A stretch of 64,000 bases of DNA from Edaphobacter sp. (GTDB lineage Bacteria; Acidobacteriota; Terriglobia; Terriglobales; Acidobacteriaceae), in assembly GCA_035566575.1 (NCBI GenBank), contig DATMQZ010000007.1, positions 102,433 through 166,432 on the forward strand, written 5' to 3'. The notes beneath the pieces are model-generated. The model was not told the origin of the DNA, did not search any database, and was given only the letters and a program-made list of their open reading frames with translations. The translations under genes and the position numbers were made by a program. Of this stretch, positions 27,786 through 38,147 are shown in pieces. Position 1 is the first letter of the stretch, and each line of letters starts with the position of its first letter.

Positions 27786-29534
27786 ATGTCTGGAACGGCC
27801 AAGCAGTATCACCAAGTCATACCACTTCAAACGAAAACACTGACCAAGAGTTTCCTTTTCCCTCACCGAAGGCGAGCTGCCTACGCATCGCTAGCAATAG
27901 GACTTGTTTTATCGTGCATCGTTCGTGCAACAGCCCAATCCTCGATGACGCCCTCTTCCATGCCACGTCTGGTGGAGGAGAATGGCCGTCATGCTCTGAT
28001 GGTGGATGGCGCGCCCTATCTCATCCTAGGCGCTCAGGCAAATAATTCCTCGAATTATCCTGCCTCGTTGCCCAAAATCTGGCCGGCATTGCAACAGCTT
28101 GGCGCGAACACGTTGGAGATTCCGGTTGCGTGGGAGCAGATCGAGCCGGAGGAAAGCCGGTTCGATTTTACGTATGTCGATACGCTGCTTGAGCAGGCAC
28201 GGCAGAACAATGTCAGGCTCATCCTGGTGTGGTTCGGCACCTGGAAAAACACCAGTCCGGCTTATGCTCCTGGCTGGGTGAAGTTCAATAATGCCCGTTT
28301 CCCACGCATGAAACGAGCAGATGGCACGTATGTCAACTGTCTATCGCCATTTGGGGAAACAACACGCGAGGGAGACAAGGCCGCATTCGTGGCCCTGATG
28401 CGGCATATCAAGAATGTGGACTCCGACCAGCACACGGTCATTATGGTGCAGGTCGAAAATGAGGCAGGCACCTATGGTCTGGTGCGCGACTATTCGGAAA
28501 GGGCCAACCAAGCGTACAACGCTCCGGTACCCAAAGCGATACTGAAAGCCATGCCTGCGTTTGCCGGGGGCAAGGCGACGGGGAGTTGGCCGGAGGTCTT
28601 CGGCCCGTATGCTGACGAGTATTTTCACGCCTGGGCCATTGCCAGTTACGTGGAAGAGATTGCGAAGGCGGGCCGGCAAGTTTATGACCTGCCTTTGTCC
28701 ATGAATAATGCTTTGCGCGATCCACTCACTCCGCTCGCACCATGGCACTCAGACTTTGCTTCGGGTGGCCCAACCTATGATGTCATCAGTCTCTATAAGG
28801 CCGCCGCACCGCATATCGACCTTATCGGCCCCGACATCTATCTCGCCGACTCTAAGAAATTCGAGACCGTTCTCAAACAATTCCACCGGGCGGATAACGC
28901 CCTTTATGTACCGGAGATGGGCAATGGCGCCGAGTTCGCGCGCTACGCCTTTTCTATCCTGGGGCAACAGGGACTCGGCCTGTCTCCTTTCGGTATGGAT
29001 TTCACTGGCTATTCCAATTTCCCGCTTGGTGCTAAGACCGCCGACGCCGCTATGATCGAGCCGTTCGCCAAGATCTATGCCTTGTTCAAGCCGATAGCGA
29101 GAGAATGGGCCCGGCTGAGTTTCGATGGAAAGGTTTATGGCGTGAGCGAGAGAGATGACCATGCGCCACAGATACTCGACCTGGGCGACATCAAGGCCAC
29201 GGTAACTTATCGCGAATGGCAGTTCGGTGAAAAGGAAGCGTTCCCCAATCTCAAGGACCTGCCCGCAGGTACCGAAATTCCTACTGGTGGTGTGGCCTTG
29301 GCGCGGCTGAGCGATACGCAATTCCTGATCGTTGGGGCACATGCACGCATTAAGTTCGATGGGGCCGGCAAACTTAAGGACAATCCGGTGATTTTCGACA
29401 GAGTGGAAGAAGGCCACTTCGACACGAAGGGCCAGTGGGTGTTCGAGCGCATGTGGAACGGGGATCAGACCGATTACGGGCTCAACTTTACAGATCAGCC
29501 AATCGTCCTCAAGGTTAGTCTGAGGACATATTGA
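27786..29534 (+). CDS. GH35-like beta-galactosidase with C-terminal DUF5597 (true start may be further downstream)
   Basis: GAQANNSS, WEQIEP, WFGTWKN, MVQVENE, GPDIY, YVPE, VEEGHF...WNGDQ. Confidence 0.88.
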   Translation: MSGTAKQYHQVIPLQTKTLTKSFLFPHRRRAAYASLAIGLVLSCIVRATAQSSMTPSSMPRLVEENGRHALMVDGAPYLILGAQANNSSNYPASLPKIWPALQQLGANTLEIPVAWEQIEPEESRFDFTYVDTLLEQARQNNVRLILVWFGTWKNTSPAYAPGWVKFNNARFPRMKRADGTYVNCLSPFGETTREGDKAAFVALMRHIKNVDSDQHTVIMVQVENEAGTYGLVRDYSERANQAYNAPVPKAILKAMPAFAGGKATGSWPEVFGPYADEYFHAWAIASYVEEIAKAGRQVYDLPLSMNNALRDPLTPLAPWHSDFASGGPTYDVISLYKAAAPHIDLIGPDIYLADSKKFETVLKQFHRADNALYVPEMGNGAEFARYAFSILGQQGLGLSPFGMDFTGYSNFPLGAKTADAAMIEPFAKIYALFKPIAREWARLSFDGKVYGVSERDDHAPQILDLGDIKATVTYREWQFGEKEAFPNLKDLPAGTEIPTGGVALARLSDTQFLIVGAHARIKFDGAGKLKDNPVIFDRVEEGHFDTKGQWVFERMWNGDQTDYGLNFTDQPIVLKVSLRTY

Positions 29535-29559
29535 CGCCAACATGCTTAAGGGGACAGAG

Positions 29560-30240
29560 ATGCAATCTTTAAGGACAGGCTTTCGTGGGACGCTAGCTGT
29601 TTTCTGCCTGGGTGCATTATTCGCAGCGCCGGCACAAACGCAGACGGTCAAGGTCGCAGGCATAGACGCGCCACTTAGCTGGATACATGTGCCGCTCAAC
29701 TACAAGCTCACAAAGACCGGGATAGCGATAACAGCACCGGGAAAGACCGACAAGTACATCGCGCCGGGTGATGGCAATACGACGGACAACGCCACGCGTC
29801 TTGTCTTCGACGCTAGCGATGGCGACTTTATTTTCAGCACGGGTGTTAGCCATAGCTTCGCCAGTGTGTGGGACTCGGGCGGCGTGATCGTCGAGGCGGA
29901 TGCAACGCATTGGTTCAAATTCGAATTTGAGCGCGACTATACGGGCGCTCATCGCGTGGTCTCAGTCGTCACGAAAGACTTTTCCGATGATGTCAATGCG
30001 ATGGAGATTGACTCGGATACGGAATATTTTGAAGTCGCCAAAGTGGGCGATGCCTTTTACCTCTATGTCTCGAAGGATGGCAAGAGCTGGTATTTGGTAC
30101 GTGCTTTCAATCTGAAATCCACGGGATCTCTCAAAGTCGGGCTTATCGCTCAGTGCCCCGAAGGCAAGAACGCTACAATCACCTTTTCAGATGTGAAATA
30201 CAGCCCTACTCGCATTAAGGACATGTGGAAGGGACAATAA
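29560..30240 (+). CDS. DUF1349 family (concanavalin-like) secreted protein
   Basis: Signal peptide; APGKTD, WFKFEFE, VVSVVT..SDD, SKDGKSW..VR. Confidence 0.8.
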   Translation: MQSLRTGFRGTLAVFCLGALFAAPAQTQTVKVAGIDAPLSWIHVPLNYKLTKTGIAITAPGKTDKYIAPGDGNTTDNATRLVFDASDGDFIFSTGVSHSFASVWDSGGVIVEADATHWFKFEFERDYTGAHRVVSVVTKDFSDDVNAMEIDSDTEYFEVAKVGDAFYLYVSKDGKSWYLVRAFNLKSTGSLKVGLIAQCPEGKNATITFSDVKYSPTRIKDMWKGQ

Positions 30241-30271
30241 ACGGCTGCCAATGTCAGCGGTCCGCCCCGCC

Positions 30272-33200
30272 TCAGTTGATCGCTACGGCGATGTCGCTGG
30301 TTTGCACGAGTGTGGTTGCGCCGCTTGCAGTGCCAGTGATGGTCAGGGTGGCGGGTTGGGCTAGATGCCGGGTGTAGCCTCCATCTCCACAGCCGCTGCA
30401 TACGACCAGACCGGCGATGAGGGTTATGCTGAGCAGGCTGAAGGGGTGCCGGCGGAGGCGCGCAGTCAGGCCGATCCAGGGAAGGCCGCCAAGCAGCAGG
30501 GCGAAGAGTGCAGTGGTTGCGTCGGTGTGGGGACGGCTGCTTGCGATCGCTGTTGTGGTTAGGGTCAGGGTGGCGGTCGCGGCGGCCGCGTCGGGGGTGA
30601 TGGTGGAGGGGCTTAGGCTGCACGTTGTACCGGAGGGCGCACCGGAGCATGCGAGCTGTATCGCCGAGGGGAAGCCGCCGGCACCGGGGGTGATCGTGAT
30701 GACGGAGGTGGCGGAGTTGCCCGCGACCACCGAGAGACTGGAGGGCGAGGCGCTGATGGTGAAGCCGACGACAGAGAGCATGTTAGCCTCGGTCGTCGAC
30801 GGAAGGAAGACGTTATCGCCGGAGTAGGTTGCAGTAAGAGAGAGGGTTCCTACGCCGAGTGAGTCGAGCGCGAAGACGGCATCGGCATTCGATAACGGCG
30901 AAGTCCCGAGGATGGTTTGGCCGTTATATAAGGTCACAATGCCTGTGGGTATGGGGCCGTAGCCGCTTACCGAAACGGTGACGCTTGTGGAGCCTCCTTC
31001 GAAGATCGGCGACGAAGAGGTTTCGAGGTTGATGGAGGACGGAACGCCTGTCACGAGATTGATCGAGGCGTTCACGATTTCGTTGCCGGTTTCGATCGAG
31101 AATGCCTGGGAGCCTACGGGCGCATTCGACGCCGCGTGAAGTGTGCCATTTAAGGCGACGATGCTGGGCGCGGACGGAGCGGAGAGAGAAAGAAAGTTGG
31201 AAACAATCGTGGAGGCGTTGCTGAAGTGAGTGAACGCTCCGCCAAACGAGATCGGCCCGACATATCCGACGCGAATCGAAGAGGGTGAGACGGAAGTGAC
31301 GGCGGGAGTGCCGGGCACAGTCCAGGCGCCGAACGGCACGCTTGACAGTGAAGCGGACTGTCCCTGTCCGGTGAAGGTTGTTGTGAGACTGACAGTGTAG
31401 CTACCAGGGTATTGGGAGGAGAAGGTGAGGGGAAGCTGAAGGGTGGCCGCGGTGCCGCCAGGATTAAAGGCGACTGATGCCCCTGCGGTGGACAGAGAGC
31501 AATGGCTGGTTGAAGCGGAGGCGGCTGGCCCGGGGAGGGGCAACGGAGTGACGGGAAAGAACTGACCGGTTGAGTCGTCCTGCAGTTGCAGCAGAAGGCT
31601 GTTTCTGTCGCTGCCGACAGAAGCGACTACGTGGCAGAAGGACGAGCCACCCAAGAGGTTGGGACCGGTGAACGGCGCGAACTGGAGCTCGAAGGATTGC
31701 AGTGCATCGAAGGCTTCGGTGTCGAGGGACGTGAGATCGATGGTGAAGGTCTGGTTAAGGCCCGAGCCCGGGATGGGAGAGACATCGGCGGAGATTGCAT
31801 TACCACTCTGCGAGAGAGGAAGCGACTGGCGCTCGATGGTGATGAAGCCGGTTCGTTGGAGCAGATCTTCGTTCTCCTTAACCGTAAATGGGACGCTGCC
31901 GTTTCCGGAGCCGGAAGTGGCGCCGGAGAGAGTGATCCATGGAGTAACGGAGGATGCTGTCCAGGCGCAGGTAGAGGGTGCGGTAACGGCGATCGAGCCG
32001 CTGGACCCGGCAGTGGGAAAGAGGCCGGCGAACGAAGGCGTGAGCGTAGCGCAGGCGGTGTCGTAGTTCACCTTGAGGACGAGGCCACCCGCATCGGCGC
32101 TTTCGGTGGTGAGGGTGAGGAGCGAGTAAGGATCGGACCACGAAGAGCCGGGTAAAAGTGTCGCCGTGGCGAAGTTGTTGGGTGTCATTTCGGGGTTCAT
32201 GTCGAGCAGGTTCGAAGTGAGAGTGGTCGCATGGGCTGCGACGGCATTCCATCGAATGTGCTGTCGATCAGGTAGGGATCTTCATAGTGGATAAGCGCGC
32301 CCTGGAAGATAGTGCTGTTAGGAACAGTATTGGGGATCAGGGTGTCGATGCTGCCGGTGTTCTGCCGGTACTCCGCCCAAATCCAAGAGCCGGGGACCGG
32401 GTTTCGCTGAATCCGTAGGGCGCGTACGCCGGAGTTTGTCGGGGTCGGGAGGACAGTGTAGGTGCCGGAGGATTGGACCTCGTGATAGTCGGTTCCCGGC
32501 TGCAGCCAGTTGAGGAAGAGAGCCCGATGAGGCGCGGCGTAGAAGCCACCGTGGTGCCCCATGGTGGAGTAGGGATCTGCGTATTCGGTGTTAACGAGGC
32601 CTGTGTTGGCGGTATCAAAGGGGCCGAGAGCTTCGGTACCGTAGTCATAGCTGTTCGCATGACCGAGGGTGAGATTGTGGCCCATTTCGTGGGCAACCGT
32701 GTCATCGAGGTCATCTCCGAAGTCTGTATTCGGATTGATCGAGACCCAAAAACGGCTGTACGGATGAGTTACATTCGCGTCGGCCTCCTCACAGCCGAGG
32801 GTGCCGAGGCCGACCCAGCCGCAACTCAGTGTGGGAAAGATGAATGCAACACGCGTAACGGTCGAGAGATCTACCTGCCCACTTGCGGCAGCAAAACCTG
32901 CGGCAGAAATTTCTTCGGATTGATCGCAGTCATAGGCTTGATTGAGGGTATAAGGGCCGTATACCGATCCCGACGCTGATGTCTGATTTGCGGACATCTC
33001 CCGCCAGATTGAATTCAGCGAACGGGTAGCAGGATCAAAAAATCTGGTTTGCCAGAAACCTGGATCGTCCTTTCCCGCAGGGTAGACGAGGCCTGGCATC
33101 TCAAGGATGATGACGGCGGTGTTCTGATCGCCCTTGGTGGTGCACGAGATATCGCTGGTGGTGGACGTGGTGGTAGCCGCGGGGGCAGGCTGGACCGATT

Positions 33201-33708
33201 CGGCTGCAAGATAGGTGGAGGTGCCGACGCCTGAGGCGGAGACTCTTCGGTTGATCAGCGCGCCGAGGCCGAGTGTCGTGGTCGGATAGAGGCTGATCGT
33301 GCCGGTGCTGCTCTTCAGGGTGTATCGCGGCTGGCTAAAGCTGTGGGCCAGGTCCTCGGCAAAGGCGACGTGGAGCGTCCCGGTGCGCGGTCCGTCGGTC
33401 TCAATGAGTGAGGCAACGGCCGGGTCCGCTGCAATCAACCCTGAAGCCGTGGGGTCGGGTAGAAGGATGCTGCGGACCTGCGCGGGGCTGGTGCGGATGA
33501 GCGCCTCGACCAGGGCTTTGCGGCTCTGGAGCAGAGTGAGGACAGAGGGCGCGAGCGGCGTTCCCGCGGGAGGCAGAGGAGTTGAGACTAGCTGCAGGTT
33601 GTCGCTCTGGATGGAACTCAACAGCGTCGAGGCACTCTGGGCCGGTGCGATGGGCAGGCAGGCGGCGAACAGTGTAAGGAGAAAGAGAAGACGATTCCAC
33701 ACAAGCAT
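30272..33708 (-). pseudogene. M11/M6-like zinc metalloprotease with BACON and Ig-like domains, split by a frameshift near 32200-32270 (ORFs 32197-33708 and 30272-32200)
   Basis: HEMGHNLTLGH and DPYSTMG in the first ORF. GALIHYED continues as LLDMNP...WSDPYS in the -1 frame. BACON (CAWTASSVTPWI), Big_3-like LTATYSGD and a C-terminal TM/GCG tail follow. Confidence 0.7.
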
Positions 33709-34082
33709 CAGAGAACCTCCGGGTCTTCAGAGAAGTAGGCGGTTAGCTCTTTTAGCTTTTTGAGGGGGCCTGGGAGAGAGCGGCAATCGTTCGGGCCAAG
33801 AGGGATGATTTTATACCAGCGCTGCACCGGCCCGCTGCCTTTATAGGTGCTGCTCGGTAGTCCAACCTAAATCCCGGTTCTTGCTAACAGGCCTTAGCAC
33901 TCATTGAGCCGACAGCACGCTCGCTGTGTGCTCGGCGATTGTGCGCTCATCGAGAGATGGAGAATTTCAGGCTGGGTTAAGCCAAGCTCATCGCGAATCT
34001 TTCGATCGTGTCTGTGCCTGCTGCGCAATCGAAGGAGTTGATATCGCGCGGGGCCGCAATTCGAAATTGCGTTATTTCTCTC

Positions 34083-34117
34083 TTGACAAACCATAACCGT
34101 TTGGCTATGGTTTTTCT
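34083..34117 (+). promoter_or_regulatory. sigma70 promoter with ArsR-type operator in the spacer; leaderless
   Basis: TTGACA-N17-TATGGT-N6-GTG; inverted repeat CCATAACC-gttt-GGCTATGG. Confidence 0.7.
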
Positions 34118-34444
34118 GTGAAGCTGGCCAATGCCAATTACGTGTTCCGCGCTCTTGCCGATCCGACTCGCAGGGCCATTTTCGAGGAACTGACCCGGCA
34201 GGGCGAACAGACCGTTCACGCATTGACTCGCTATGCGGGCGTGTCGCAGCCTGCTGTGTCCAAGCACCTGACGGTGCTGAAGCGGGCGAGGCTGGTACGG
34301 CATCGCCGCGAGGGGCGCGAGACTCACTATCGCGCACAGCCCGATGCGCTGGCGCCGATGGTGGACTGGCTGCGTGACTACGGCGCATTCTGGCGCGACC
34401 GGTTTGACCGTCTTGAAAAACTTTTGGAAAGGATGGAGCCATGA
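34118..34444 (+). CDS. ArsR/SmtB family regulator
   Basis: FRALADPTRRAI, SQPAVSKHL. Confidence 0.92.
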   Translation: MKLANANYVFRALADPTRRAIFEELTRQGEQTVHALTRYAGVSQPAVSKHLTVLKRARLVRHRREGRETHYRAQPDALAPMVDWLRDYGAFWRDRFDRLEKLLERMEP

Positions 34445-34896
34445 GCAATACAGCAGAGGCGAACAATACAGCAGAGAGTACGCGTACCCTTGTGATTGAG
34501 AGGGTATTCCCGCACCCACCAGAGAAGCTGTGGCGAGCGCTGACGGAGAGCACGCTTCTCGCGCAGTGGATGATGAACAACGACTTTGAGCCGGTGGCCG
34601 GGCACAAGTTTCAATTCCGGGTCGATCCCATGCCGAACTGGAATGGTGTTGTCGACTGCGAGGTTCTGATCGTCGATCCGTTGCAACGCTTGTCCTATAA
34701 CTGGGGTGTTGGGGGAAGCGAAAGCGGGCTTCAATGGGTGGTGGAGTGGACATTGACGCCAGCAGAAGGCGGCACTCACGTTCGCATGGAGCAGTCCGGC
34801 TTCGGTCCCGATCAGCAGGCAGCTTATCAGGGTGCGAAGTACGGCTGGCAGAAGTTCTTCGGCGGTCTGGAACAGGTGCTCGGGGGGGTAGTGTGA
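34441..34896 (+). CDS. SRPBCC domain protein
   Basis: IERVFPHPPEKLWRALT, GHKFQF, GTHVRMEQSGF; ATGA overlap. Confidence 0.9.
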   Translation: MSNTAEANNTAESTRTLVIERVFPHPPEKLWRALTESTLLAQWMMNNDFEPVAGHKFQFRVDPMPNWNGVVDCEVLIVDPLQRLSYNWGVGGSESGLQWVVEWTLTPAEGGTHVRMEQSGFGPDQQAAYQGAKYGWQKFFGGLEQVLGGVV

Positions 34897-35312
34897 CCAC
34901 GAAAGCAAAAAACATTGCTTATTGGACAACGACCATACTCGTAGCGTTTTTTATCGGGAGCGGGGGCGTGGCGCAGATGGTACAGTATCATGCCAACCCC
35001 CATGGTGTTGTGCCCGTCCTTGGGTACCCGTTGTACTTCTTTGGCATCCTGGGATTTTGGAAGGTGCTTGGAGCGATTGCCATCCTTGTGCCGCGTTTTC
35101 CGCGGCTCAAGGAATGGGCGTATGCCGGCATATTCTTTGACCTGACAGGCGCGGCCATATCCTGCGCGGCAGTCGGCGGTTATGGCGCCTACGCCTTTCA
35201 CGTTCTCGCCCCGCTCATCATTGCTGGTCTTACTGTGGCGTCGTGGGCGCTGCGACCCCAAAGCCGTGTCATCGGCGTTCTTTTTCCTGCGAAAAACGGC
35301 GTGCCAGTGTAA
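34893..35312 (+). CDS. DoxX-like family membrane protein
   Basis: YWTTT, LGYPLYF, PRLKEWAYAG; GTGA overlap. Confidence 0.88.
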   Translation: MTTKAKNIAYWTTTILVAFFIGSGGVAQMVQYHANPHGVVPVLGYPLYFFGILGFWKVLGAIAILVPRFPRLKEWAYAGIFFDLTGAAISCAAVGGYGAYAFHVLAPLIIAGLTVASWALRPQSRVIGVLFPAKNGVPV

Positions 35313-35396
35313 AACACGAGAGCAGCATTTCCGCATCGAGCTTTCGTTGGCCATGTTGGCGGGTTTGACCGTCGACCTCTAAAGCGTTTCTCTGAG

Positions 35397-35798
35397 CTAG
35401 CCGTTTTCTACGCGCGCCTTTATGTCCGAGTACGCCGTCTCGATGAGCCTGCTGAGCAATGCAGCGTCTGTAGCCGTTCCCGGCCTCAGCTTCACATGGC
35501 GCATGAGCTTGCCGGTGCCTTGCAACAAGCGGGCCGGATCCGGTAGCGCTGCGCCATGAAAGAACCCCACGTTTACGTGCGTAGTGAATGCATTGACATA
35601 GCCGAAGGGCGCATCGCCCAGACATGCAACCGGACAGCCGTCATTCAAGATCTCCCGGACTTCGTCCCCGCATTTTCGCATCACCTCAAACCACTTCTGC
35701 GCGATGGCTCCCAATTCACCTCTATGCTCTTTCATCCACGCATCGATGGCGGGATCGCGTTCGACGGCACCGTTGAATCGCAGCAATTCCGCTCTCAT
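35397..35798 (-). CDS. DUF1801 (YdhG-like) protein
   Basis: HVNVGFFHGAALPDPARLLQGTGKLMRHVKL. Confidence 0.88.
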   Translation of the reverse strand: MRAELLRFNGAVERDPAIDAWMKEHRGELGAIAQKWFEVMRKCGDEVREILNDGCPVACLGDAPFGYVNAFTTHVNVGFFHGAALPDPARLLQGTGKLMRHVKLRPGTATDAALLSRLIETAYSDIKARVENG

Positions 35799-35841
35799 GG
35801 TCGCTCGATTTTCGCTTTCGGATCTATGTTACGTGACACCC

Positions 35842-36798
35842 CTACACGTCGTTTCCGAGATGGAAGATCGGTTCGAAGCCGGTTGCACCCGCCAGCAGTG
35901 TGTGCTCCTCATGTTGATCGAGAGGCTTGAAGTGCTGGGCCACGTCCATCGCCAAGCGGAAATATTTCTCGTCCCCCGGAGGCAGCGCAGCCGTGACCGG
36001 ATGCCCGAGCGTCCAGCGCAAGCCCAGCGAAGCTTCGTCAGGGAAGGCCGCAGGTTGATACCAGCATTTTGGCTCGGGATGGTTCTTCTTCTGATCGGCA
36101 GGCCATACCGTCTTTGCCATTGCCTTCAGTGCCAGGATGCCCATGCCCTTTTCCTGCGCGCGTTTCAGAATCTGCGGGCCGAAGTTTGCCTGCGTGAAGA
36201 GCACAAAGTTTACCGGAAAAAGCACGGTATCGAAGTCGTAGCGGTCCATCGCCGCCAATGCTGTCTCCGCCGAATGCACCGAGAAGCCGATGTAGCGAAT
36301 CTTGCCTTCCTTTTTCGCAGCTTCCATCGTCTCCATCGCGCCGCCGGGACGCATCACTTCGTCCAACTCGGTCATCTTTGTCAGTGCATGGAGCTGATAT
36401 AGATCGACGTGATCGGTCTTCAACAGTCGCAGCGATTCTTCCAGTTGCTTGCGCGAGTCATCCTTCGTGCGCCCTTCGGTCTTGCAGGCGAGGAAGCAAT
36501 TCTTGCGATAGGGCGCGAGGGCCGGGCCCAGACGTTCCTGCGCGTCGCCATAGCTTGGCGCAACATCGAAATAGTTCACGCCGCGGTCCACGGCCTCCGC
36601 CACAATATTGTTCGAGTGACCGGTATCCTCGTTCATTACCACGATGCCGCCAAAGCCAATTATCGAGAGATGCTCTCCCGTCTTGCCCAGAGGTCGGCGC
36701 GCAATCGAATTGGTGGATGTCGCCGCGGCGGAAAACCTGGCACTGGCGGCAGCAGCAGCTGTAAGGGCGCTTTGCTTCAAAAAGTCACGGCGTTCCAT
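35842..36798 (-). CDS. Tat-exported aldo/keto reductase
   Basis: ERRDFLK Tat motif; LGKTG, FDVAPSYG, LACKT, DLYQLH, IGFSVH. Confidence 0.9.
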   Translation of the reverse strand: MERRDFLKQSALTAAAAASARFSAAATSTNSIARRPLGKTGEHLSIIGFGGIVVMNEDTGHSNNIVAEAVDRGVNYFDVAPSYGDAQERLGPALAPYRKNCFLACKTEGRTKDDSRKQLEESLRLLKTDHVDLYQLHALTKMTELDEVMRPGGAMETMEAAKKEGKIRYIGFSVHSAETALAAMDRYDFDTVLFPVNFVLFTQANFGPQILKRAQEKGMGILALKAMAKTVWPADQKKNHPEPKCWYQPAAFPDEASLGLRWTLGHPVTAALPPGDEKYFRLAMDVAQHFKPLDQHEEHTLLAGATGFEPIFHLGNDV

Positions 36799-37011
36799 AT
36801 GCAGACCTCGTAAAAGGAATAGCTAGGTCGAGCCGACTTACTAAAAACATTTTCTCAAAAGCTGAACCACGTGGCTAGTCGTGCAGTTGGCGCAAATCTC
36901 CTTGTCACTGACTGACGGACTGAGAGATAGGCACATCGGTAAACAGAATGTAATGGTCCGCCGCACGACTGCAAGAGAAAAGCTGAGGGCGAGGAGAAGC
37001 CTTCTGCGTTC

Positions 37012-37054
37012 TTGACACTTTGTAATGCAAAGTCTATGCTTTGCGTTACAAAGC
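37012..37054 (+). promoter_or_regulatory. sigma70 promoter with two palindromic operators
   Basis: TTGACA-N17-TATGCT; ACTTTGTAATGCAAAGT (37017-37033) and GCTTTGCGTTACAAAGC (37038-37054). Confidence 0.75.
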
Positions 37055-37065
37055 AATTCAAACTT

Positions 37066-37692
37066 ATGACCGACTTCAATCGAGCACTCGTCGAAATACG
37101 CAGCATTCGCCGCCAGGTGGCACAGACTACCGAGTTCCGCGGCTACGGCCCGGCTACTCTTTTCGCGACAGCTATCGTGGCCCTGCTTGCTGGCGCAGCC
37201 CAATCCCATTGGCTCCCTGAACCCGCGATTCACCCAGCACAGTATGTCGCCCTCTGGCTCACGACTGGCGTCTTCTGCGCCGCACTTATAGCCACCCAGA
37301 TGCTTGTGCGGGCAAACCGTATCCACTCCAGCATGGCGGACGAAATGATTCGTACGGCCGTTGCACAATTCCTTCCTGCGGGCATCGCAGGTGCTATTCT
37401 GCCCTTCGTCCTGCTACATGTCACGCCGAGCGTCTTATGGCTGTTGCCTGGCCTGTGGCAGATCATTTTTAGCCTCGGAGTCTTTGCCTCTTGCCGCTGC
37501 TTGCCGCGGCCTATGCTTCTGGTGGGCATGTGGTTCCTTTTCACCGGCCTCGCCTGCATCGCGCTCGGAGACAAACGCGCTCTCGCTCCAGCCACAATGT
37601 CCTACGCTTACGCTATCGGCATGGCGTTCGTCTCTGCTATCCACCACCTGTCCGCAAAGAAGGCCTTGATCGATGAAGACAACGAACTCTAA
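37066..37692 (+). CDS. Multi-pass membrane hypothetical protein
   Basis: MTDFNRALVEIRSIR start, about 6 TM, LPGLWQ motif; overlaps the wHTH gene. Confidence 0.8.
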   Translation: MTDFNRALVEIRSIRRQVAQTTEFRGYGPATLFATAIVALLAGAAQSHWLPEPAIHPAQYVALWLTTGVFCAALIATQMLVRANRIHSSMADEMIRTAVAQFLPAGIAGAILPFVLLHVTPSVLWLLPGLWQIIFSLGVFASCRCLPRPMLLVGMWFLFTGLACIALGDKRALAPATMSYAYAIGMAFVSAIHHLSAKKALIDEDNEL

Positions 37693-38062
37693 GCCCGCGG
37701 CCCCTTTCGCGTACGAAGGCCTTGATCGCGTCATCCACGAACGCGCACGTCTAAGCGTTCTCACCTCTCTTATGACCCACCCCAACGGCCTCAGCTTTGT
37801 AGAGCTTAAACAGCTCTGCGCACTAACCGATGGCAACCTCGCCCGTCATCTCCAGGTACTCGAAGAAGACAACATGGTGCGACTCACCAAGGAAGCCGAC
37901 GGTGGCCGCGCCCAGACTACCGCCCGTATAACAGCCTCAGGCCGCAGGCGGTACCTTGAATATCTCACCATTCTCGAGCAGGTCGTCCGCGATGCGGCCT
38001 CAGTAAACCACGAAGGCGAAGAAAACCAACTTCGCCGCAAGCTAACACCGCTCAATACTTAG
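37673..38062 (+). CDS. Winged-helix (HTH_34/MarR-like) transcriptional regulator
   Basis: LDRVIHERARLSVL, LTDGNLARHL..LEE, TASGR...YL..LE. Confidence 0.9.
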   Translation: MKTTNSKPAAPFAYEGLDRVIHERARLSVLTSLMTHPNGLSFVELKQLCALTDGNLARHLQVLEEDNMVRLTKEADGGRAQTTARITASGRRRYLEYLTILEQVVRDAASVNHEGEENQLRRKLTPLNT

Positions 38063-38107
38063 GAACGTTGTTTATCCATAGTGCGCAGCCCAGTCCTACG
38101 TCTTTTA

Positions 38108-38124
38108 ACTTTGTATTGCAAAGT
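38108..38124. promoter_or_regulatory. Third copy of the CTTTG-N5-CAAAG operator, upstream of creD
   Basis: ACTTTGTATTGCAAAGT. Confidence 0.75.
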
Positions 38125-38147
38125 AACTTCTAAGGAGAAACGACACA

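Noticed and set aside
33855-34030. IS end or gene remnant upstream of the second ArsR operon
   Set aside because: No partner inverted repeat and no confidently recognisable translation.
34441-34480. Duplication CAATACAGCAGAG at the SRPBCC start, and the G7 run at 34882
   Set aside because: In-frame, at tolerant protein termini; no evidence of function.
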